DNA of 55,572 bases, taken from the IMG/VR virus record IMGVR_UViG_3300043413_000016, positions 1 to 55,572 of that record. One strand, written 5' to 3'. Source of the stretch: a virus. Taxonomy: Duplodnaviria; Caudoviricetes. Both the position numbers and the translations under genes were made by a program. Below, piece after piece: positions 48,460-55,572 of this stretch. The stretch's first letter is position 1. Each line of letters opens with the position of its first letter. The notes beneath the pieces were generated by a model. It did not search any database, was not told the origin of the DNA, and was given only the letters and a program-made list of their open reading frames with translations.

Positions 48460-49989
48460 CTACATGCCCAGCTCGGCGTCAATCTCATGCACTGCGATGC
48501 GGCCTGCGGGGATGACGTTCTTGGGCTTGGGCCCGCCAGGGATGGCAAACGTCAACGCCAGCGAGTCGCCACGGTCGGGCGACTTCAGGCCGCGCTTCTT
48601 GGCGTCGTCCTTCGACTCCAGCAGCAGCAGGCCACCACGGTAGCTGTACCGCAGGCCGGTCAGGTCTGTGCGCAGTTCTTGGTCGTTGGGCAGCGCGGCG
48701 GTCGGCAGCCACTCCTTCATGCTGGCCCACATCGCAGCCCGCAGGTTGTAGTTTGCCCCGTCGTCCAGCCGGATGGACACGTTCACATCACGCACCACGT
48801 CCTCTCCGAACCAAGCGCGCAGGGCGTCAGCCACACCAGCGCCCACGCCGATCACGTCAACCGCGATCTGCTCAATGTGCATGCCGCGCGCCCTGTAGGC
48901 CACCACTTCCTGCTTGACTCGGCCGGCCGTGCTCATCAGGTCAGTCTTGCCCCACACCCACTGTTTGATGACCAGCCGGCCACGTCGCGCGGTCAGCACG
49001 CACTTGTCATCACCAAACCGGGCCACGTCCAGGCCAAACCGCAGGCCACCCATGCCGGGCACGTCAGCCGGGCCGCGACTCATGGCATCGGTCACAAGGT
49101 CGCCGCTGATGAACGCATTGCCGATGGATGCGCTGTAGTCCCGGTCGATTTCCTGGGCGATGACCACGGGGTCCAGGGCCTGAACCTGCTTGGCGTACCA
49201 CTCAGGGCCCTTGCGCGGGTCGTCGCGCCAGTCGAACACAAACACTCTGGTCTTTCCGCCAAAGCGCTTTTTCCAGAACGGATTGCCTTCGCCGTTGGGC
49301 GTGCTCACGTCAATCTTGCAGTTCGACGTTTGGCTCAAGGCTGCGTCGATGCTTTCAGGCTGCTCGTAGAAGGCGGATTCGTCTTTGAAGTAGATTGAGG
49401 TGCGAGCACCGCGGCCGATGTTCGAGCCTGCCTCGCCAATGATGCTGCTCTCGTTCTCAGGGTTCAGCACCCGCATGAATGGGGCGTGCTTGTCCTCTTT
49501 GTAGCCCTCGGGCCGGAACTGCGCCGGCAGCAGGCGGATGAATGCGCGGATCTTCCAGAACAGGCTTGACGGGTCGCCCAGCCGGTCTACGTAGTCCTCT
49601 TTGCGCGATCCGAAGCCCACCACCACGCCCTTGTTGAAAGTCCACATCCAGACAGCCACGGCAACGCACAGCCAGGACACGCCCATGTCGCGCGACTTCT
49701 CGACCAGGCCGTCTTCGCGCGCCTTCCAGCGAGCCACCAGCCAGTCCACGGCCTCGGCTTGCTTCGGGAACAAGATGAACGGGGCGAGGGCCGGTATGCC
49801 GCGCTCAGGGTTGCGCGGGTCAAACGTCATGCCCCAGTCGGTGATCCACTGAGCCGGGTGATCGGCGTAGTACGCCTTCAGTGCCGCCAGGTCAGCCGGT
49901 GACGCCTTGTTGAGTCGGTCCAGCCTGTCCAGCCGGTCAGCCCAAACGCCGTCGTAGTTCGGCGCCTTCCAGTCGATTTCAGGTGCCAC
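48460..49989 (-). CDS. terL: terminase large subunit
   Basis: EKSRDMGVSW, FKDESAF, VSTPNG, GLDVARFGDD, SPDRGDSLALTF. Confidence 0.95.
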   Translation of the reverse strand: MAPEIDWKAPNYDGVWADRLDRLDRLNKASPADLAALKAYYADHPAQWITDWGMTFDPRNPERGIPALAPFILFPKQAEAVDWLVARWKAREDGLVEKSRDMGVSWLCVAVAVWMWTFNKGVVVGFGSRKEDYVDRLGDPSSLFWKIRAFIRLLPAQFRPEGYKEDKHAPFMRVLNPENESSIIGEAGSNIGRGARTSIYFKDESAFYEQPESIDAALSQTSNCKIDVSTPNGEGNPFWKKRFGGKTRVFVFDWRDDPRKGPEWYAKQVQALDPVVIAQEIDRDYSASIGNAFISGDLVTDAMSRGPADVPGMGGLRFGLDVARFGDDKCVLTARRGRLVIKQWVWGKTDLMSTAGRVKQEVVAYRARGMHIEQIAVDVIGVGAGVADALRAWFGEDVVRDVNVSIRLDDGANYNLRAAMWASMKEWLPTAALPNDQELRTDLTGLRYSYRGGLLLLESKDDAKKRGLKSPDRGDSLALTFAIPGGPKPKNVIPAGRIAVHEIDAELGM

Positions 49990-50647
49990 TGACCAGCTTC
50001 AGGTAGGCGGCCTGGCGCTCGGCGGGCGGAATGGCGCTCAGGTCAAACACCACGGTTTTGGTTGCAGGCTCTTCGAGCGGGCGGATGCCGTAGGCCTCAC
50101 GCTCCAGGCCGATCAGCACTTTCAGGGCCTCGGCCAGTTCCTTCACGCCCTTGATGCGCTGGGGCAGGCTGATGGTCTTCATGTAGACCTCATTCAGCTT
50201 GTCAACGCCCCTCTCGTCGGGCTTCTTCATCAGCTCGCCCAGGTCAGCGAACAGCAACGGGTCAGCGCTTTCGGCTTCGCACTCGGCCAGCAGGCGGATG
50301 ACCAGCACGCGCATCCGGGTGATGTCGGAGCGATGGGCAATGCGGATGCGCGCCTCGACCTGTGCCCCAATCTCTACCGACTCCCGCTCAGTCGGCGTCT
50401 CAGTGCGTACTTCGTTGCGTACCAGTTCCTTGCGTACCAACGCATCGGCCTTGGCGCGTACCTTGGCGCTCAGGTCTCGCTCCCAGCCGTCCCTCTTGGC
50501 GCGCTTGCGGATTGCGCCCTCGGTGATGCCGTGGGCCACTGCGATTTCGCGCACCGACTGCGAGGCCGTCCTGAACTCGGACTCGATACGCTCCCAGTCA
50601 GTGCGCTTTGGTGCCTGGGCTGCTGGCTCCTTGGCTTTTGCCGCCAT
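49979..50647 (-). CDS. terS: terminase small subunit
   Basis: DWERIE..FR...SVREIA..HGITEGAIRKRAKRDGW; overlaps terL. Confidence 0.85.
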   Translation of the reverse strand: MAAKAKEPAAQAPKRTDWERIESEFRTASQSVREIAVAHGITEGAIRKRAKRDGWERDLSAKVRAKADALVRKELVRNEVRTETPTERESVEIGAQVEARIRIAHRSDITRMRVLVIRLLAECEAESADPLLFADLGELMKKPDERGVDKLNEVYMKTISLPQRIKGVKELAEALKVLIGLEREAYGIRPLEEPATKTVVFDLSAIPPAERQAAYLKLVSGT

Positions 50648-50816
50648 CAGTTCACTTCCACTGCCCGCCCTTGCTGGGCATCGGTGCCTTCTTGCTGGCC
50701 GGGGGCGTCATGGGCTTGGCCATGCACTTGCCAGCCTTGGCGCAGGCTTGGGGGGTCTTGCAGGATGCGCAGGGCTTCATCTGGGTGTCCTTTGGGGTGG
50801 GTGAGGGTCAGCCGTC

Positions 50817-50852
50817 ATTGTTCTGGCGCGGTCAGCGTCAGTTTGTGGGCGC
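50817..50852 (-). promoter_or_regulatory. degenerate late promoter upstream of terminase
   Basis: GCGCCCACAAACT-N17-AACAAT. Confidence 0.55.
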
Positions 50853-51047
50853 TGGCTGCGCCCTCCACTCCCCATCAGGCCCCACCTGGCGCATGCCGCA
50901 GGCGGCGCACTGCTCGGTGTTGCCAGCGGCGTCGGGCTCGTTCAGGGGCTTGACGCGGGTGTGCGGGCAACCGGTGGGCTCGGACGGCTGTGCTGCTGGT
51001 GCCGGCGCGGTCTTGCGCGCTGCGGTTTTTTTGGCTGCTGGTTTCAT
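50838..51047 (-). CDS. small hypothetical protein
   Basis: GGAGG-like RBS; MKPAAKK...CPH...CAAC. Confidence 0.6.
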   Translation of the reverse strand: MKPAAKKTAARKTAPAPAAQPSEPTGCPHTRVKPLNEPDAAGNTEQCAACGMRQVGPDGEWRAQPAPTN

Positions 51048-51394
51048 CGGCTGGCCACCTCGATCAGTTTGTCCACGGCTTTCTGGGCTGCAGCTTGGCT
51101 GGCGGCGTACTTCACGCGCTCGGCCGCTTCCTCGGGCGTCAGGGTCTCGCCGTTCTGAGCTGCGATCTGCTCCCAGACTGCACCGGCCAGCACGTCCAGG
51201 GCGGCGTTGATGCTTTCGTCGGTCGCGGTTTCGCACTCGGCGCGGGTGAAGGCTTGCCCCACTTCATACGTCTTGTCGCCGTGCTCCCAGGCAATCATGA
51301 TTGCCATGCCTTTGGTGGCCGGCAGGAAGGCCAGTTGCGGATTGGTGGTGGCGGTCTTCAGTTGCGCCATCAGGTCAAACAGTCGTTTCAGCAT
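51044..51394 (-). CDS. hypothetical protein
   Basis: ATG 51394 after GAAAGG. Confidence 0.65.
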   Translation of the reverse strand: MLKRLFDLMAQLKTATTNPQLAFLPATKGMAIMIAWEHGDKTYEVGQAFTRAECETATDESINAALDVLAGAVWEQIAAQNGETLTPEEAAERVKYAASQAAAQKAVDKLIEVASR

Positions 51395-51396
51395 CT

Positions 51397-51807
51397 TCAG
51401 CCTTTCGTGTGGTTGCTGGGGGTGTCGATCTGGGTTGCTGGCAGGATGCAGCGGCCGGCTTTCTGCTTGGCCTGTTGCACTTTGCCGCCGATGTCGCAGT
51501 CGGCGCAGTAGTCCACTCTGGCAAATACCGTGGTCACTGTGCGCCTGCCAGCCCATTTGCCCAAGTCTTGGCGCCTGGTAATCGGCGTTCCGCTTGCGTG
51601 GACGTACAGCAAGTACTCTTGCCAGTCGCGCAGGGAGTCGAAGCACAGCGGCTTGGGCGGCGGCGCGTTTTGCACCATCCAATAGATCTTCGTTCGCGCG
51701 ATTGGCGGCGCGTCAGGCATTGCGCGTGGCGAGATTCGCGGGGCTGTGAGCTGAAGACACGTCACACCTAGCCTTTCGGTTTTGCCGTTCGGCAATTGTA
51801 TTTGCAC
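51397..51807 (-). CDS. hypothetical protein with CxDC...GRC motif (start uncertain)
   Basis: PLCFDS...W...YCADC...AGRC. Confidence 0.65.
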   Translation of the reverse strand: MQIQLPNGKTERLGVTCLQLTAPRISPRAMPDAPPIARTKIYWMVQNAPPPKPLCFDSLRDWQEYLLYVHASGTPITRRQDLGKWAGRRTVTTVFARVDYCADCDIGGKVQQAKQKAGRCILPATQIDTPSNHTKG

Positions 51808-51826
51808 GCCGGTAACGTCATTGAAC

Positions 51827-52324
51827 TTACTTTCTCACTGGTAAGTTTTCCAGTGAGCATTTGCGTAACGCTTGCTCGGCTTCCCATTTGGCTCTGGTGC
51901 GCTGCGCGTAGTCGCGCTCCATCGCGCGGCGCGTTTCCTTTGGCCACAGCCCAGAGGAACCTATGCGTGCGTGGCAGCCTTGGTCTCCCGGTGTCGGCGC
52001 GCAAGCCGGGTACGCGGTCGAATCACAGGCCTTGATGCCCATGCCTTTGCCCGCCGCACCGTTGTCGTCGCTGTGCGCGGCTTGGCTGCGGCCTTCAATG
52101 CCGCAGTGGGCGCAAGGTAACGAGGCTACCCAGCGCAGGTAGTCTTTGTCGCGCACGTACTGGCGCTTTGGCACAGGCACCACCATGCGCGCCTTCCCGT
52201 CGCTGATGGCTACGGCAGCAGCCCGGGGCCTGGGGGTGTATTCGATGGTCTTCACCGGGCGCAGCTCAAACGGCCAGCCCTTGGGCTTGAAGCCGGTGCG
52301 CTTGAGGGGCGTGCTGCGCTTCAT
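51827..52324 (-). CDS. HNH-like/DUF968-type nuclease
   Basis: YLRWVASLPCAHCG...AAH...PAC...CH. Confidence 0.75.
   Translation of the reverse strand: MKRSTPLKRTGFKPKGWPFELRPVKTIEYTPRPRAAAVAISDGKARMVVPVPKRQYVRDKDYLRWVASLPCAHCGIEGRSQAAHSDDNGAAGKGMGIKACDSTAYPACAPTPGDQGCHARIGSSGLWPKETRRAMERDYAQRTRAKWEAEQALRKCSLENLPVRK
51834..51857. repeat. 24-bp palindrome copy 3
   Basis: CTCACTGG-TAAGTTTT-CCAGTGAG. Confidence 0.85.
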
Positions 52325-52554
52325 GCGGCCACCTCTTCAACCCAATCCACTTGCAGCGGATCAGCCTGCACACTGCGGCGCCTGCTCACGATTGCTGGTG
52401 GCGCGCTGCTGGCTGGCGGTTTGGTCTTTGGCCCGAACGTGAGCGCTGCGCACTTCGGACCCCACCCGCGTGCAAGCGGTGCACCGTATGCCACTGGCCC
52501 GGGGATGGCCTTTGCGTACCGTGTCACAGGCTTGTTGCAGCGGATGCAGCGCAT
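52321..52554 (-). CDS. small zinc-finger protein
   Basis: MRCIRC...GPKCA. Confidence 0.7.
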   Translation of the reverse strand: MRCIRCNKPVTRYAKAIPGPVAYGAPLARGWGPKCAALTFGPKTKPPASSAPPAIVSRRRSVQADPLQVDWVEEVAA

Positions 52555-53066
52555 GCCGCCTCCTTTTGTGCGCCAACACCACCAACGATCACCACGGCAT
52601 CGGCTGGCGCGTTGCCTGCGCGAGCCTGGGCTATCCGGTTGCAGGTAGTCTGGTAGGCCCGCTCAAACTCGCCGTAGTCGCATTCGGCCAGTTGTGTTGT
52701 GTGCAGGCGCAGCATCCAGTGCAGGGTGTCCAGTTCCGTGGCGTACATCGTCCACGTACCGCGCTCGGCGTGCCGGCTGTGCACGGCCGCCAGTGCTTGC
52801 TGGGCAGCGTGAATGATGGTTTGCGCCTGCAGCCCAGTGCAGATACCCATGCCGGCCAGCGTCTCGGTCATGTTGGCTGCATCAGCAAGGCTGCGCCAGT
52901 GGTACGCACAGTCCCTGCCAGCCGCAAACTCTTGCAGCGCCGTGGCCATGATGCTGCGCTGGCGCCGCTGGTCTTCGGCAGAGAGTTTGCGCACCTTGTT
53001 CAGAACGATGGCCAGCGCGTTGCAGTGCACAGGGCCTGGGCGGTACTTCTTGCGCGGCTTCTTCAT
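52524..53066 (-). CDS. phage hypothetical protein
   Basis: MKKPRKKYRP...WRSLADAANM; ATG overlaps the VRR-NUC-type stop. Confidence 0.75.
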   Translation of the reverse strand: MKKPRKKYRPGPVHCNALAIVLNKVRKLSAEDQRRQRSIMATALQEFAAGRDCAYHWRSLADAANMTETLAGMGICTGLQAQTIIHAAQQALAAVHSRHAERGTWTMYATELDTLHWMLRLHTTQLAECDYGEFERAYQTTCNRIAQARAGNAPADAVVIVGGVGAQKEAACAASAATSL

Positions 53067-53203
53067 GGCACCTGCACCCTCAGCATTGCCGCATATCCGA
53101 CAACCGTGCGATAGGCGGCTTCCCAAGTCCAACACACCACCACGCACCAGCCGCTTGCTTGCAGTGCATCCATGCGCTGGCGCTGTTCCTTGCTGGGTGT
53201 TCC
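53063..53203. repeat. 141-bp direct repeat of 55432-55572 (3' part of VRR-NUC)
   Basis: Base-by-base identity. Confidence 0.95.
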
Positions 53204-53287
53204 GGGCAACCGGAATAACGTGTTGAAAGCACGATGATGAAGCATAATGCTGGAACGGAATTTCGTGTTGATTCAGCATGGAGAAGT

Positions 53288-54118
53288 ATGAATGAGTTGG
53301 CTCTTTTCGCGGGCGCTGGTGGAGGCATACTCGGCGGCAAGCTCCTCGGATGGCGAACGGTCTGCGCCGTCGAGAGAGAACCCTACGCAGCAAGCGTTCT
53401 TGCCGCCCGGCAGAACGACGGACTTCTCCCGCCCTTCCCGATTTGGGATGACGTTCGGACCTTTGACGGACACCCTTGGCGCGGACGTGTTGACGTGGTT
53501 TCTGGCGGCTTCCCATGCCAAGACATCAGCGTTGCGGGCAAAGGGGCCGGCATCAGTGGTGAGCGTTCCGGCCTCTGGTCTGAAATGGCGCGCATCGTTA
53601 GCGAGGTTCGACCCAGCTTCGTCTTCGTGGAGAACAGCCCAGCTCTCATTACTCGGGGGCTCGGAGTCGTCCTCGGTGACTTGGCCGCTCTCGGGTATGA
53701 CTGCCGATGGACAGTGCTGGGAGCTGCTGATGTCGGTGCGCTCCACCAGCGGGACCGCTTCTGGCTTGTGGCCCACTCCAACATGCCCGAATGGGGGGAG
53801 GTCGGTCGCGCATGTGACGGATTGGCGGAGCCCGAGGACCGCGTACTCAGCATCTGGGAAGAAGGTGCAGGTGGACCTGGCACAGGCGGTGAAGCGCTGG
53901 TCCACGCCGGCGGCGGACGACACTGGGCATCGAGCATCCAAGTACAACCAAGGCGGGACGGCGCTGAGCACGCAAGTTGGTGGAGCGCTGAACCCGACGT
54001 GGGTCGAATGGCTGATGGGGTGGCCGCTCGGGTGGACAGACTTAGAGCCCTTGGAAACGGCCAAGTGCCACAGTGCGCGGCAGCCGCATGGACGTTGCTC
54101 GTTGGAGCTCAACCATGA
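53288..54118 (+). CDS. DNA cytosine-5 methyltransferase, catalytic (alpha) chain
   Basis: FAGAGG (I), GGFPCQ (IV), ENS (VI), QRDR (VIII), LGNG (X); GGAG RBS. Confidence 0.93.
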   Translation: MNELALFAGAGGGILGGKLLGWRTVCAVEREPYAASVLAARQNDGLLPPFPIWDDVRTFDGHPWRGRVDVVSGGFPCQDISVAGKGAGISGERSGLWSEMARIVSEVRPSFVFVENSPALITRGLGVVLGDLAALGYDCRWTVLGAADVGALHQRDRFWLVAHSNMPEWGEVGRACDGLAEPEDRVLSIWEEGAGGPGTGGEALVHAGGGRHWASSIQVQPRRDGAEHASWWSAEPDVGRMADGVAARVDRLRALGNGQVPQCAAAAWTLLVGAQP

Positions 54119-54152
54119 AAACCCGGATTTCCACACGACAATCCGGGAATGA
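53292..54152 (+). CDS. overlapping +1-frame methyltransferase partner (beta-like) chain
   Basis: 286-codon open frame with WPTP/WSTP and LNPTWVEWLMGWPLGWT (motif IX-like). Confidence 0.7.
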   Translation: MSWLFSRALVEAYSAASSSDGERSAPSRENPTQQAFLPPGRTTDFSRPSRFGMTFGPLTDTLGADVLTWFLAASHAKTSALRAKGPASVVSVPASGLKWRASLARFDPASSSWRTAQLSLLGGSESSSVTWPLSGMTADGQCWELLMSVRSTSGTASGLWPTPTCPNGGRSVAHVTDWRSPRTAYSASGKKVQVDLAQAVKRWSTPAADDTGHRASKYNQGGTALSTQVGGALNPTWVEWLMGWPLGWTDLEPLETAKCHSARQPHGRCSLELNHENPDFHTTIRE

Positions 54153-55483
54153 GAGACATTTTGGACATGGAAGGCTGGAAACTGACCGCCAGCCGGGTCG
54201 AAGACTCGGTGGAAACCTTCGTCGCGGAATACCTGCACGAGCCCAGGGCTTGCTCCAAATGCGGTGGCCTGAGCCTGTACCGACACGGCACCAAGAAGAC
54301 CACCTACGCCGACAGCCCGACGCGCGACAAGCCGACGAAGCTGGAGGCGACGGTGCGCCGCTACCGGTGCCGGGACTGCGGGGAGACGTTCCTCCAGCCG
54401 CTGGGCGGGGTACTGGACGAGCGCCGGATGACGGAGCGGTGCGCGGACTTCATCGCCCGCAAGGCCCTGATTCACACCTTCGCCCTGGTGGCCAACGAGG
54501 TCGGGGTGGACGAGAAGACCGTCCGGGCGGTGGCTGCCGAGCGCATGGAGGCGCTGACGGCCAGCCACCGGCCCAAGCTGCCCAGGGTGCTGGGAATCGA
54601 CGAGACGCAGATTGCAGGCGAGATGCGCCTGGTGCTGACGGACGTGGAGCGGCGCAAGCTGCTGGACATGCTGCCCGCCCGGGACAAGGACACCCTGGCG
54701 ACCTGGCTGGGGCACTTCAGGGACCGCAGCATCGTCCAGGTGGTCACCATCGACATGTGGCGCCCGTACCAGCGGATTGTGGCGGAGCTGCTGCCGGACG
54801 CCGTGGTGGTGGTGGACAAGTTCCACATCCTGCGGATGGCCAGCGAGGCCATGGACCAGGTGCGCATCCGGCTGGGCAAGGTCAAGGAGGTCGAGGTGCG
54901 CCGGCACTGGGTCCGGTCCAAGGTCATGCTCCAGAAGCGGCCCGCCAACCTGACCGCGAAGCAGCGCTTCAACCTGGACATGTGGCTGGACAACGAGCCG
55001 GAGATTGCCGCCGCCTACCGGGCCAAGGAGGCGTTCTACAGCCTCTTCGACCTGCCCAAGGCCGAGGCCATCCAGGCCTTCGACGACTTCGCCGCCTCGG
55101 TGCCGACCAGCGTCAAGCCCGAGTTCCGGAGGCTGCTGACGGCCATGCGGAACTGGCGCGCGGAGATTCTGGCCGTCTTCGACCACCCGTACACCAACGC
55201 CTACACCGAATCCCTGAACAGCCTGACCAAGCACATCGTCAAGGCCGGCCGGGGCTACAGCTTCGAGGTGCTGCGCGCCCGAATCCTGGCCAACTACGCC
55301 GACGCGCCCAAGAAGCCGCTGCGCATCGAGTTCCTGCTGAAGGACAACGGGAACCCTTGCGGCAACTGTGGGCTGCCATGCCGGGCCGAGGACATGCACC
55401 TGGTGACACTGCCCCCAATGGTCCGAGGACATCATGGCACCTGCACCCTCAGCATTGCCGCATATCCGACAACCGTGCGATAG
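54149..55483 (+). CDS. ISL3-family transposase
   Basis: CSKC...CRDC zinc finger, LGIDE, IDMWRPY, DKFH, TNAYTESLN. Confidence 0.93.
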   Translation: MRDILDMEGWKLTASRVEDSVETFVAEYLHEPRACSKCGGLSLYRHGTKKTTYADSPTRDKPTKLEATVRRYRCRDCGETFLQPLGGVLDERRMTERCADFIARKALIHTFALVANEVGVDEKTVRAVAAERMEALTASHRPKLPRVLGIDETQIAGEMRLVLTDVERRKLLDMLPARDKDTLATWLGHFRDRSIVQVVTIDMWRPYQRIVAELLPDAVVVVDKFHILRMASEAMDQVRIRLGKVKEVEVRRHWVRSKVMLQKRPANLTAKQRFNLDMWLDNEPEIAAAYRAKEAFYSLFDLPKAEAIQAFDDFAASVPTSVKPEFRRLLTAMRNWRAEILAVFDHPYTNAYTESLNSLTKHIVKAGRGYSFEVLRARILANYADAPKKPLRIEFLLKDNGNPCGNCGLPCRAEDMHLVTLPPMVRGHHGTCTLSIAAYPTTVR

Positions 55484-55572
55484 GCGGCTTCCCAAGTCCA
55501 ACACACCACCACGCACCAGCCGCTTGCTTGCAGTGCATCCATGCGCTGGCGCTGTTCCTTGCTGGGTGTTCC

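Larger units (their letters stand above)
53204..55431 (+). mobile_element. ISL3-family element with methyltransferase passenger; right end not found
   Basis: Starts with GGGCAACCGGAATAACGTGTTGA exactly at the repeat edge; carries an ISL3 transposase. Confidence 0.75.

Noticed and set aside
53063-53245. 60-aa ORF as a separate gene
   Set aside because: It is the duplicated VRR-NUC C-terminus fused to IS end sequence.
53273-55516. 747-aa minus-strand ORF
   Set aside because: Antisense shadow of the transposase and methyltransferase; no motifs of its own.

Overview
The window is best read as one complete, circularly assembled ~55.4-kb tailed (podovirus-type) phage genome; positions 1-127 equal 55446-55572, which fits an assembler overlap. 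A betaproteobacterial host is inferred from gene content and GC only. A divergent promoter region at ~7.0-7.2 kb separates two arms. The leftward arm carries Cro-like HTH, ParB-like protein, helicase, primase, NinB and VRR-NUC, then continues across the origin into terminase, portal, scaffold, capsid, tail, ejection proteins, a 3090-aa polyvalent protein, receptor-binding proteins and lysis genes. The rightward arm carries ERF, YqaJ exonuclease and small accessory genes. No integrase, CI repressor, tRNA or CRISPR array was recognised. Main unusual features: (1) an integrase-less array of six attC hairpins (12621-15815) oriented opposite to their genes, with matched core sites and reading frames threaded through the hairpins; (2) an ISL3 element carrying a two-frame overlapping C5 methyltransferase, bounded by a 141-bp duplication that leaves an intact VRR-NUC gene; (3) a conserved late-promoter motif, one copy of which appears to drive a structured ncRNA between terL and portal; (4) three dispersed 24-bp palindromes. 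All calls come from reading the sequence by eye; no database search was run.
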